24,000 nucleotides of DNA from Aeromonas phage vB_AsM_ZHF, in the sequence record MW584871.1; one strand, given 5' to 3'. Shown in pieces: positions 12,976-22,452 of the stretch. The notes under the pieces are model-generated. The model ran no database searches, was not told where the DNA came from, and worked only from the letters and a program-made list of their open reading frames with translations. Numbering within the stretch: position 1 is the first letter of the stretch; each line of letters opens with the position of its first letter. The position numbers and the translations under genes were made by a program.

Positions 12976-14727
12976 TTACCCCAAGTTTATTCTAGAACCA
13001 TCAATTGAGAATGTTCCTTGTGCAACATCGGATACTTGGGCCGATTGTCTATTCCAATTACCAGAAACATCATCTGTCCTACTTCCTCCAACTTCGGTAG
13101 AAAAATTTCCTCCAATTTTTAGAGTGTAATTTCCATCAATCGTGTTAAAACAGTCACCCATAACTTTAATATCGGCGTTTCCATCAACATCTGCATTTAG
13201 ATTTCCTTTTACTAACGCCGATGAATTTCCAGTGACATACTGATTGACATTACCTTCTACTCGCTCGTCAACATTACCACGAACGAATTGGGTAGCATTT
13301 CCAGATATTGTGCTATTAGAATCGCCTTGAACAAAAATATCAGCATCCCCGTCGACAACGATCTTGAGTTTTCCGCCGATATGAACATTCCCATCGTTCT
13401 TGACAATGTAGAAATCATCGCCAATAATTTTCGTGACTTTTGTTCCATCAGGATGTATTTCTTCAAACGTACCCGTCCGATGATATGTTCTTATGCGTTC
13501 ATGCCCGGGTGTATCATCAAATTCCTGGATGTGACCAGACTCACTTTCATACACTTTGTTATATGGATATACAGCCGAGTAAGGTGATTCAGGCTCGGTG
13601 AACGAGGGAGCTTGGGCGGTTGATGATACACTTGCCGTTTTGAACATTCTCATCGTCCGCAATGACGGCGCAGATCCTTGTGACCCACCGTATGGCACCA
13701 AGTTTCCATTTCTTATGACTTCTGACACACGACGAGCTCGTGATGGAGTTTGTCTAGCCCATAAAGAATCGAGAGCAGCATCAGCCGCATTATCGTATTG
13801 GCCTAGTGCCAAGTATCCAAGCATCATATTGAAATTTGCTACGCCACCAACACCCATTTGGAACGTCATATTGACAATAGCCATTTTACGAGTATCGTCT
13901 AGCATCGAATATACCGGGCCGACCTTGTAATTGCTTGATATGCTAGAATAGACGCTGGAAAGATCGCGTTCGAACAGCATAGAGCATTCTTCTTCGGTTA
14001 TTCTCCCATTAACCTGCCTGCCTACTTGTTGACTGAGCAATTGGTTTATTCTTGTCATATTTCTAGTTTTTTCGTGAACTATCAAATGACCTATTCCAAC
14101 AGTTGGATATCCTTCACTGTCCCAATAAACCGATACACGAATACCTTCGTCATAACGTAGCATATCCTCTATTGTTACGTCTGGATCTGGATTTGGGTAT
14201 ATTTCGTCATTTGGTGTTCTATCTGCACCTTGTGCAACATCTCGGTTGAGATTTTGATCTTCTACGACAACTGGAACAATTTGGTTTTCTTTTACAATTT
14301 GGCCTGGTGAAATTTTTATTTCTTTTCCACCTCTAGCCAAAATATTCACATCTGAACCGACGTACCGAGGATATTCTCTTGATGGGTCAGAAAAACCTTT
14401 ATTGAAATCAGGCATCATTGGATATATGCCTGGATATGTCCCGAGAACTAGGCCATTTTGATAAAATTCATCCAAGAAAATTCCGTATACGTGAGTACCG
14501 GTCACGATGCCTACTGGAGCCTGGCCTACACCCGAAACTGACGCTGATGTTACAGGCATGCCTACTGACATCCACAGCAAATCCTCGGTTGCTAAACCAT
14601 AGTTGTCTGCTCTAACCTTTTGTTCTGGGTGAATACCGTGGACACGCACTCTCACCCTTCCTAACATGTACGGATCCTGACGATCTTCTACGACGCCAGT
14701 AAAAAATCTATCAATACCTTTTAACAT
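12976..14727 (-). CDS. 5: baseplate hub subunit / tail lysozyme, gp5-like
   Basis: N-terminal OB-like region, T4-lysozyme-like MLRYDEGIRVSVYWDSEGYPTVGIGHL, C-terminal VxGNxxxx beta-helix repeats. Confidence 0.93.
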   Translation of the reverse strand: MLKGIDRFFTGVVEDRQDPYMLGRVRVRVHGIHPEQKVRADNYGLATEDLLWMSVGMPVTSASVSGVGQAPVGIVTGTHVYGIFLDEFYQNGLVLGTYPGIYPMMPDFNKGFSDPSREYPRYVGSDVNILARGGKEIKISPGQIVKENQIVPVVVEDQNLNRDVAQGADRTPNDEIYPNPDPDVTIEDMLRYDEGIRVSVYWDSEGYPTVGIGHLIVHEKTRNMTRINQLLSQQVGRQVNGRITEEECSMLFERDLSSVYSSISSNYKVGPVYSMLDDTRKMAIVNMTFQMGVGGVANFNMMLGYLALGQYDNAADAALDSLWARQTPSRARRVSEVIRNGNLVPYGGSQGSAPSLRTMRMFKTASVSSTAQAPSFTEPESPYSAVYPYNKVYESESGHIQEFDDTPGHERIRTYHRTGTFEEIHPDGTKVTKIIGDDFYIVKNDGNVHIGGKLKIVVDGDADIFVQGDSNSTISGNATQFVRGNVDERVEGNVNQYVTGNSSALVKGNLNADVDGNADIKVMGDCFNTIDGNYTLKIGGNFSTEVGGSRTDDVSGNWNRQSAQVSDVAQGTFSIDGSRINLG

Positions 14728-14735
14728 TATGCACC

Positions 14736-15275
14736 TTAAACCTTTTCCATTTCACGTATCATGTCGTTTAGGAACGAGTTGATATCAGCTTCGCTAATTA
14801 TCAGAATTTTTCGTTTCTGCTCATTGACAGCAGATTGAGCTTCAAGGGAATCAACGGCCCGAAGTGCTCCAACATATTGAATATGTGATCTAGATGTATC
14901 TCCAGCATCATACCAATGTCTCGGGAAATCTGGGTCTTCTACCAAATTCCAATACTTTTCACCATTGGCATCAACATGATATACGACCTTATTTTCTGGA
15001 TATTGTTGCTGCGCGTAATCATATGCAGCATCTTGTGTTGTTATCCATCCGTAAAATGGGTCATATACATCGTTTAGCATTAGCAAAACCCAATATAGCT
15101 GTTGATTGCCATAAAGCTCATGTGCCAACATTTCAGGTCTTGTTGAACCATTTATCCAATACACTTCAGGCTTGTATTTTACGATAACACGATTAAAATA
15201 CGCTCTGTAATTCTTAAAAATATCAGTAGTAGATTTACCCTGATAATCTATTGGGTCAAAAAATGAAAAAATCAT
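14736..15275 (-). CDS. 53: baseplate wedge subunit, gp53-like
   Basis: 179 aa; FDPIDYQGKSTTDIFKNYRAYFNRV...YWVLLMLNDVYDPFYGW; next to gp5. Confidence 0.85.
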   Translation of the reverse strand: MIFSFFDPIDYQGKSTTDIFKNYRAYFNRVIVKYKPEVYWINGSTRPEMLAHELYGNQQLYWVLLMLNDVYDPFYGWITTQDAAYDYAQQQYPENKVVYHVDANGEKYWNLVEDPDFPRHWYDAGDTSRSHIQYVGALRAVDSLEAQSAVNEQKRKILIISEADINSFLNDMIREMEKV

Positions 15276-15297
15276 ATAGTTACACTCCTGTTTATTT

Positions 15298-15327
15298 TAT
15301 TTAATGCCTCCCGGGAGCTCTTAAATA
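15298..15327. promoter_or_regulatory. candidate divergent late promoter pair
   Basis: TTAAATA on minus (15304-15298) and on plus (15321-15327), flanking palindrome CTCCCGGGAG (15308-15317). Confidence 0.45.
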
Positions 15328-15349
15328 GAATCACATAGGAGGGCCTTTT

Positions 15350-15643
15350 ATGCCTGGATTGACATACGATATGGCTTGGACAACTGGCCATGACACATAT
15401 CCTCCTACACAAATACAAGCCACGCAGGGAAAAGTTTTTGTTGACGGTATAAAGGTCGTCGTTGAAGGCGACAGAATAATACCTCATCGAAACACTGTTG
15501 AGCCTTATGATGTTCATGACGGCTACGTTATTCCCACTACGGCGAAGGTTTTTGTTGGTGGAAAACCCGCAGTATCAATTGGTGATCCAATATCTTGCGG
15601 AGACACAATTGCACAATCATCTAGTAAGGTGTTTATACGATGA
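15350..15643 (+). CDS. PAAR domain spike-tip protein (gp5.4-like)
   Basis: TAKVFVGGKPAVSIGDPISCGDTIAQSSSKVFIR; strong AGGAGGG RBS. Confidence 0.88.
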   Translation: MPGLTYDMAWTTGHDTYPPTQIQATQGKVFVDGIKVVVEGDRIIPHRNTVEPYDVHDGYVIPTTAKVFVGGKPAVSIGDPISCGDTIAQSSSKVFIR

Positions 15644-17523
15644 AATTGAAAACAAATATCCCAGATATTTTTAAAGGCGCTACCTTTGACGAAATCAAAA
15701 GCGACTTAATTGACTGGTTAGGTAACCAGGATGAATTTAAAGATTATGACTTTACTGGTTCAAGATTAAACGTTTTAACCGATTTGCTGGCATATTGCAC
15801 ACTCTATATTCAGCAATTTTCAAATTCAGCATTATTCGAGAGTTTTATCCGAACCGCTGTATTAAGAAGTTCAGTTGTTCAACATGCTCAGGACATGGGA
15901 TATATGCCAGATTCTCGTACTGCTTCTAGTACGACTTTACTGCTCAAAGCGACAAACCCGTTGAATCCTACCAGCATTCGTATTCCGAGAGGAACTAAAT
16001 TCGTTGGTACGGTGGAACGTACTGATAACTACCCATTTGTTACTCTTGATGATGTTACAATAATTCGTGGTCAGAATAATACTTACGAATCCCTTGTAAA
16101 CGTGTATCAAGGACGAATAGTTCGAACTGAGTTGAAATTTGATGGAATTAGTCAAATTTTGATTCGTGACCCCAATATCGACAGATCTAAAGTTCGTGTA
16201 TGGGTAGATGGTTCACCTTGGGTCGATTGGACCAATAATTCGATGGTTGATATTTCGGGTGCTTCTAACGTATTTTATATGCGTGAGACCGTTGACCAGA
16301 CGACTGAGATATTCTTTGGCGAAGGTGAAGCTAGCACCGAAATCGCTGGCGGGGCTCTTGTAGCAAATTACATTGGCGGGCTCAAACCGAATATCGGGTC
16401 AACAATCGTGATCGAATATTTGAGCACTCGTGGTGAGCCAGCAAATGGGTCAAGAGATTTCGCATACACCGATACTCTTCAAAATATCGTCATAACTGAT
16501 CTGATTGAGAATCCGACTGATGACGCCGATTATGTGGGTACTCAGGGTGGTGGTGATCCCGAAGACATCGAAAGAATCCGCGAACTTGCCCCGGTTATGA
16601 GAGAATCTCAGCGCAGATGTGTTACTGCAACCGACTACGAGTCATTTGTCTCTCACAAGTTTGGTTCAGTTGTTCAAGCCGTTCAGTGCTTCACTGACAG
16701 TGAGAAAAGAGGATACGCGTTCATCGCTATTAAGCCAAAACAAGGGCTTAGATTAACAACTGTTCAAAAAGAAGACATTGAAAATTATTTGTCACAATAT
16801 AATCTCGCGCCTATTACCCCTGCAGTAATAGACCCAAATTACATGTACATCAAGTCAAAAATCAAAGTGACATATAACCTTTCAGAATTGTATAACTCTG
16901 AAGAATGGCTTCGCGGGCAAATAATTGATTCTATTGACCGCTATTACACTGATGAAGTTGAAATTTTCAACAAAAACTTCTCTAAATCAAAGATGTTGAC
17001 ACGTGTAGATTCGTCGGATGATTCTATTATCGGCTCTTCTGCTGAAATATCTCTTGTCAGGGAAGCAGATAATTTCTTCAAAACTCCGATGGCTGGAATA
17101 TCTTTCCATAATGCTATTTCTAAGGGGTCAGTCAATAGTTCTACAATCAACTTCACCAAGAATAACGTAACGTATGAAGTTAATTACGTTTCTACGTCAC
17201 AAACTGGTAAAATTTTGATTGGGCCATTTGCTGATGGCGATATTCCTGCATCAGAGTACTCTGGTAATGATTTCACAAAAACAACAGTGGGTGGAAGAAA
17301 CAAGTACTATGAAGTTGGAACAGTTGACTATGCTCTCAGTGTTATAAACTTTGACCTTGGTATTTTACCTGTACCGGCAGAATCATTTGCTGGAGCATAT
17401 ATAGAAATAGAAGCATTACCAGTTGATGACACTATCTTTGCGAAAGATGGAACTCTTATCGTATTTGAGAATGATTTACGTCAACAGTACACTGCTATTA
17501 CTCTTGAAGCAATTTCACAATAA
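15640..17523 (+). CDS. 6: baseplate wedge subunit, gp6-like
   Basis: 627 aa; N-terminal MKLKTNIPDIFKGATFDEIKSDLIDWLGNQDEFKDYDFTGSRLNVLTDLLAY; syntenic. Confidence 0.92.
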   Translation: MKLKTNIPDIFKGATFDEIKSDLIDWLGNQDEFKDYDFTGSRLNVLTDLLAYCTLYIQQFSNSALFESFIRTAVLRSSVVQHAQDMGYMPDSRTASSTTLLLKATNPLNPTSIRIPRGTKFVGTVERTDNYPFVTLDDVTIIRGQNNTYESLVNVYQGRIVRTELKFDGISQILIRDPNIDRSKVRVWVDGSPWVDWTNNSMVDISGASNVFYMRETVDQTTEIFFGEGEASTEIAGGALVANYIGGLKPNIGSTIVIEYLSTRGEPANGSRDFAYTDTLQNIVITDLIENPTDDADYVGTQGGGDPEDIERIRELAPVMRESQRRCVTATDYESFVSHKFGSVVQAVQCFTDSEKRGYAFIAIKPKQGLRLTTVQKEDIENYLSQYNLAPITPAVIDPNYMYIKSKIKVTYNLSELYNSEEWLRGQIIDSIDRYYTDEVEIFNKNFSKSKMLTRVDSSDDSIIGSSAEISLVREADNFFKTPMAGISFHNAISKGSVNSSTINFTKNNVTYEVNYVSTSQTGKILIGPFADGDIPASEYSGNDFTKTTVGGRNKYYEVGTVDYALSVINFDLGILPVPAESFAGAYIEIEALPVDDTIFAKDGTLIVFENDLRQQYTAITLEAISQ

Positions 17524-17540
17524 GGGCCTAACGGCCCTTT
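17522..17540 (+). promoter_or_regulatory. intergenic hairpin between gp6- and gp7-like genes
   Basis: AAGGGCC-TAAC-GGCCCTT-T ending next to the gp7 ribosome binding site. Confidence 0.5.
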
Positions 17541-17549
17541 GGAGATTTT

Positions 17550-20500
17550 ATGATCATAAAAGCACCGGCCGTAACGAGCCTTAAAATCAAAATTTTATCG
17601 GCGAATCAAGTATATTTGACTTGGGACGATGTAGGTTCAAATTTTTACTATATTGTCGAACTTCTTCAGACTAGAGCAGGGTCTGGAACCAGTTGGGGTC
17701 AATTAGGTGTAACATCGGTCGAAGAATGGTTTGAAGACACATCTATACAAGCAGACACATATTACAAAATGCGAGTTCGCGTTTCTGGAAAAGGATTTGA
17801 GATGTCTGATTGGGTAGAAACTGAGGAGTTTCAAACCTTTTCGGAAAATGCCTACTACATTTCTGCCATGAAAGAATTCACACCTGCCGCTTCCTTTGTG
17901 AGAGAAAAGTTCTCTAAAAACAACGGAAATTACGTCAATTTCAATACTGATGTAATTATGGCTTCGCTAATGAGCGAAGATTTCGTTTTCAGCAATCAAT
18001 TTACTGATGCGACGAATCTTTATGACAAAATAGTTTCAAATGAAAACTATCACGAAATACAAGGCTTTATTGAGCCAGTGTGTGTTGACAAAAATAGAAC
18101 AATGCTAGCTGAAATTGACGACGTGTTGTATCTGTTTGAGCGTTTTCAGCCAATGGCCAAAGTGTCGAATGACAAAGGGCAAAACTGGAAATATTACAAA
18201 GCTTTCAACGGGCGTGTCGGCAACCCAGTTAGTAGAACAGTAACATATCAAACTAGCACTACTACATATCTTCTTGGATATGAAAACATCTATTACGGTC
18301 GTCGGGCAAATGATGTCAGATGGTCAGCTGATGACGTCAGATTTAGCTCAGATAGTGTGACATTCTCAAAAACTGGCGATGAACTGAATCTTGGTTTTGA
18401 TGTTGAAATATTCAACTCATACGCTCGGCTTCCTGGTGATATTTTTAGGAAGGGAGAAGCTATTGCTGCCGATGACGATTGGGTATATGTAGCAGCTAGA
18501 AATAAGTTGCGCAGAATCAAAACATCTAATGCCCCGATTGATACTGATCCAGGTAGTCCGACATTTGGTGAGAAACTTTTTGACCCAACCTCTTTCAATA
18601 TAACAGCAAACGCACGGGCTGTTACGAAAAAGCTTGATACATTCAACGGCAAGCTTTATGCTTTGATTACTGGCGTAGTTACTCAGGCAGGTCTAGACCC
18701 AACAAACCCCAAAAATGTTGTCCATGACCCAATTGCTGGAGTTTATGAGTTCGATGGTACTTCTTGGCGAAAAGTTTTTGGTATTGGCGAAGACCATACT
18801 TGGATATCGCATGAATATAGCAATATGTCAACAAATGGAGAAGAGATATTTGTTTCTCAGATAAACTTCAAATATCCAGGTACTTTGCCAGATCTAGATT
18901 TACCAAACAAATATGACAACGTATTTGAAGCAGTAAAATACGAATTGACTCCAGGTTATAATTCCGATATCCCAATTCATATGGGAACATTCAGAATCAA
19001 TGCCGATGATTCAGAGTGGAAACTTGGCCCTCAGCAATACTATAACGAAGCAGCGTTCACATGGATGGCTCGTTCTAGCACAAGGTGTTGGATAACACAC
19101 AACGACAGAGCTCTTGTTGTTTACCCAAAAATCGAATATTCGTTCTCTATCGACGACGAAGGAACAGAAAGTGATAAAAGGGTAAACAGAGAAACTTACA
19201 ACAAAGGCGTTGTAACACTGTATGCAAATAACGTATACTTTACCGGTTTCAAACAATATGCCAATGGGGTACTTTTCCATAAAAATACTGGCGAAATAAT
19301 TGGGTATTATGAATTCCCATATCGGGTAAGAAATACTACATCCGTTTTCTGGAAGCCGGCCAACGTCATGATGGTAGCTGAGCTTCGCAATCAAGAGCGT
19401 GAAGTTCCGTGGACACCTGCTCCATTTGTTGGATTAAAGGATCCTGACCTTCAGCCACTTGTTACTAAAATGATGCCTGAAAGTTATTTGGACGAAGATA
19501 CCAATTTTGGTGCATTTGCGAAATATTATCTGCAATTCTTGTCGGACGGAAACGGGACGTATTACAACAAATTGCTCAATTTGATAAAAAACAAATACCC
19601 TCGCGAGCAATATGCGTATGAATATCTTTGGTCAGAAGTTTTAAAAAGAAACATCTATTTGGATGAAGCTAAGCGAGATTCTGTCGCAAGATTTTTTGAA
19701 TCTCGGGCCTACGATTTTTATTCCACGAAAGGGGTTGAACAATCATATAAATTCCTTTTCAAATTGCTTTATAACGAAGATGTTGAAATCGACATCGAGT
19801 CAAAGCATGGAATAGAATATGACATCGTAGTTTATTCAACCAACATAAGCCAAGACATTGTTGGAAGAACCATATATACTCCTACAGGACGTGCAAACGT
19901 CACATACGTGGATCGTGAGTATGTTGAAGGCCAATTGAAATGGAGAATAACCATTCACAATATGATTGGTAAATTCTTTGAAGGCCAGCAAATAAAATCC
20001 GAAACTAGTTCGTTCGTAGGTGAAATATTGGTAGGGGTTAGAGGAAAGGAGCTTATGAGCGATTCGATTGACTATATCAATCGAGGTAGATCATATTACA
20101 CCATGACTATAAAGTCAACTCTTCCGGCGTCTAGATATGCGCAAGATGTTCTCCGTTTTGTTCATCCAGTTGGTTTTGGATTTGTTGGAATAACACTTCT
20201 CACGATGTTCATCAATTCTGGTTTATCGATGAAACATGTAGAAACTATCATCGATAATTTGAAAACGTATCGATGGGATGCTGGTTACCCAACTGAGCAA
20301 TACGATCGTGTAGCCAAATTAGACGTTGACGGAAATATTGAGCATGACTCTGCCACTGGAGAAGCTTTATACTTGGTTGGCCCAAATGCTGGGGAACCAT
20401 TTGTTCCTCCTCCTGAATATGACACTGAAGAAGCATCATGGCTAGGAAAACTGCCGTCAGAACGAAGATTTGCAATGAGTCCTTTGTTTGATCAGTCAGC

Positions 20501-20606
20501 TGTGGCATTTTCACAATTTAGACGGCTAGTTGAAAAACGACTGAAAGATGACGTTGGAAATCCTCGTGATCCACAAAACCCAACACAGGTGAAAATAGAT
20601 GAGTAA
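17550..20606 (+). CDS. 7: baseplate wedge subunit, gp7-like
   Basis: 1018 aa, similar length to T4 gp7; between gp6- and gp8-like genes. Confidence 0.92.
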   Translation: MIIKAPAVTSLKIKILSANQVYLTWDDVGSNFYYIVELLQTRAGSGTSWGQLGVTSVEEWFEDTSIQADTYYKMRVRVSGKGFEMSDWVETEEFQTFSENAYYISAMKEFTPAASFVREKFSKNNGNYVNFNTDVIMASLMSEDFVFSNQFTDATNLYDKIVSNENYHEIQGFIEPVCVDKNRTMLAEIDDVLYLFERFQPMAKVSNDKGQNWKYYKAFNGRVGNPVSRTVTYQTSTTTYLLGYENIYYGRRANDVRWSADDVRFSSDSVTFSKTGDELNLGFDVEIFNSYARLPGDIFRKGEAIAADDDWVYVAARNKLRRIKTSNAPIDTDPGSPTFGEKLFDPTSFNITANARAVTKKLDTFNGKLYALITGVVTQAGLDPTNPKNVVHDPIAGVYEFDGTSWRKVFGIGEDHTWISHEYSNMSTNGEEIFVSQINFKYPGTLPDLDLPNKYDNVFEAVKYELTPGYNSDIPIHMGTFRINADDSEWKLGPQQYYNEAAFTWMARSSTRCWITHNDRALVVYPKIEYSFSIDDEGTESDKRVNRETYNKGVVTLYANNVYFTGFKQYANGVLFHKNTGEIIGYYEFPYRVRNTTSVFWKPANVMMVAELRNQEREVPWTPAPFVGLKDPDLQPLVTKMMPESYLDEDTNFGAFAKYYLQFLSDGNGTYYNKLLNLIKNKYPREQYAYEYLWSEVLKRNIYLDEAKRDSVARFFESRAYDFYSTKGVEQSYKFLFKLLYNEDVEIDIESKHGIEYDIVVYSTNISQDIVGRTIYTPTGRANVTYVDREYVEGQLKWRITIHNMIGKFFEGQQIKSETSSFVGEILVGVRGKELMSDSIDYINRGRSYYTMTIKSTLPASRYAQDVLRFVHPVGFGFVGITLLTMFINSGLSMKHVETIIDNLKTYRWDAGYPTEQYDRVAKLDVDGNIEHDSATGEALYLVGPNAGEPFVPPPEYDTEEASWLGKLPSERRFAMSPLFDQSAVAFSQFRRLVEKRLKDDVGNPRDPQNPTQVKIDE

Positions 20607-21585
20607 TTTCTATCGTGCTATTGTTACTAGTAAATTTAGAACAAAAAATTTGCTAAACTTTTACGACATGGTGGGCGACGAGCCCACCAAAAACACAATA
20701 TACGCCACATTTGGACGTGATACTCCATGGTCAACGAATGAAACCGATGTCGGCTTTGCACCTCCATATCCAAATGATTCAGTTGATGGTGTTGTTGACA
20801 TGTGGACAAACATGTTAGGTGCAGTAAAAATTAATAAATCTCTACTGGACGCAATAATTCCGCGCAAAGATTGGGGAGATATCAGATATGACAATCCAAA
20901 GACATTTTTTATCGACGATATCGTCGTAGTCAACTCGGCTACCTACAATCGTACCGACAGTTCGGTTGGTTGGATGATTTACCGCTGTGTTGATGTTCCT
21001 TCTATTGGTTCGTGTTCTATCTCGGGAATAGATGACAAAATAGAGTGTATCACTATAGGTGGAAAATGGACTGCAACTCATGAATCAGTTGAACCACCTC
21101 GCGGGACTGCTATGGCAATCGACATGGGTGATGGCTATGTGTGGGAATATCTGTACACTATTCCGCCCGATGTATCAATAAACAGATGCACAAACGAACA
21201 TATAGTTGTGCCTTTCCCAGATGAACTTTCTGACGATCCTGCGAGATGGGGGTATGAAAATGCTATTCTATGGTATCCGGATAAGTTAGACCTCATTTAC
21301 CGGGTTAAAGTAGACACACTCCGGTTCAGAGCGTATATGGACTCAATATACTTCCCTGAGGCATCACTCCCAGGCAACACTGGTTTTCGCCAGATGAGCG
21401 TAATCATCAACCCGTTAGTTAAAAAATCATTGCCGTCCGATCCAGATGTTAAAGCGACCCTGATAGCATGTAAACCTGAAGAATTGGAAAAAGATTCAGG
21501 AGAAATGATATACATGGAAAATAGACAGCCTATCACTCGAGCTCTCGATCAGACAGAAGAAATCAATATCATTTTCTCATTTTAA
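20599..21585 (+). CDS. 8: baseplate wedge subunit, gp8-like
   Basis: 328 aa; SNFYRAIVTSKFRTKNLLNFYDMVGD...; syntenic. Confidence 0.92.
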   Translation: MSNFYRAIVTSKFRTKNLLNFYDMVGDEPTKNTIYATFGRDTPWSTNETDVGFAPPYPNDSVDGVVDMWTNMLGAVKINKSLLDAIIPRKDWGDIRYDNPKTFFIDDIVVVNSATYNRTDSSVGWMIYRCVDVPSIGSCSISGIDDKIECITIGGKWTATHESVEPPRGTAMAIDMGDGYVWEYLYTIPPDVSINRCTNEHIVVPFPDELSDDPARWGYENAILWYPDKLDLIYRVKVDTLRFRAYMDSIYFPEASLPGNTGFRQMSVIINPLVKKSLPSDPDVKATLIACKPEELEKDSGEMIYMENRQPITRALDQTEEINIIFSF

Positions 21586-21594
21586 GGAATACAA

Positions 21595-22452
21595 ATGTTA
21601 CAATCTACCAAAAAGAGAATTGATGTAGGCGTTATAGGTAATCCTTCAACTGGTGATATACTCTATGACGGTGGTGTCAAACTCAACCAAATTATTGATG
21701 CGCTTTATAACACATTTGGTGATTATAGACTTTATTCGTCAGCTTCTGAAGGAGCTGACTCTCAAATTCTTTACGCCACTGGATATTACCAGAAATTATC
21801 GCGACAATATTATGCCGGGAATGCTCTAGATATTGGTTCTATGCATGACGCAGACACGTCAGGTGGCGCGTTGACCATGACTCTACCAAATGCAAAGTTT
21901 GGGGAAGGTTGCATCTTTATAAATAGTAATGGATCAATTTCTCCGTCAAATCCTCTCATAATTCGCCCTCAAGCGGGCGAAAGTATCTTAGGAACATCTG
22001 GCTCTCTTATTATAACGTCTCCATACGCCAGAGTTTTTGTCTGGTGCACAAAGAACGAAGGATCAGAAAAATATTGGGAATACGGAATAACCCCGATGTT
22101 TGGAAATTCTATTATGCCAGTTGAAAAAACTATTTTGGCCACAACTTCTGCAACTAATATTCGTATTGCTGGAAAAAACGAATATTCTGCGATAAAGTTG
22201 ATGGTTGCAGCCCGAAATGTTGCTGGTACAGTTTTTAAAAATTCGGAATACTTGATATCAGTAGATACGGTTACAAATGCGGTTTTAAATACTGAGTATG
22301 CTGTTCTTAAGAATACCTCTAACGAATTATACACAATTCGTTTCTTTATTGGCGCGGGTGATAACGTCTACGCTGAAGTAAAATCTCTCAGTGGGCAAAT
22401 ACGTTTTTCAATAAAAGCCATTGACACAATTAATATTGGGGCAACATCATAA
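21595..22452 (+). CDS. 9: baseplate wedge tail fiber connector, gp9-like
   Basis: 285 aa; RIDVGVIGNPSTGDILYDGGVKLNQIIDALYNTFGDYR; syntenic. Confidence 0.9.
   Translation: MLQSTKKRIDVGVIGNPSTGDILYDGGVKLNQIIDALYNTFGDYRLYSSASEGADSQILYATGYYQKLSRQYYAGNALDIGSMHDADTSGGALTMTLPNAKFGEGCIFINSNGSISPSNPLIIRPQAGESILGTSGSLIITSPYARVFVWCTKNEGSEKYWEYGITPMFGNSIMPVEKTILATTSATNIRIAGKNEYSAIKLMVAARNVAGTVFKNSEYLISVDTVTNAVLNTEYAVLKNTSNELYTIRFFIGAGDNVYAEVKSLSGQIRFSIKAIDTINIGATS

Noticed and set aside
13000-13420. Tandem-repeat-like protein segment (VxGNxxxx) in the gp5-like gene
   Set aside because: This is the expected C-terminal beta-helix spike repeat of gp5, not a novel repeat.
20248-20514. Minus-strand ORFs within the plus-strand gp7/gp8/gp9 genes (also 17 kb, 19 kb, 21 kb, 22 kb and 23 kb examples)
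   Set aside because: Antisense shadows of long, syntenic structural genes.
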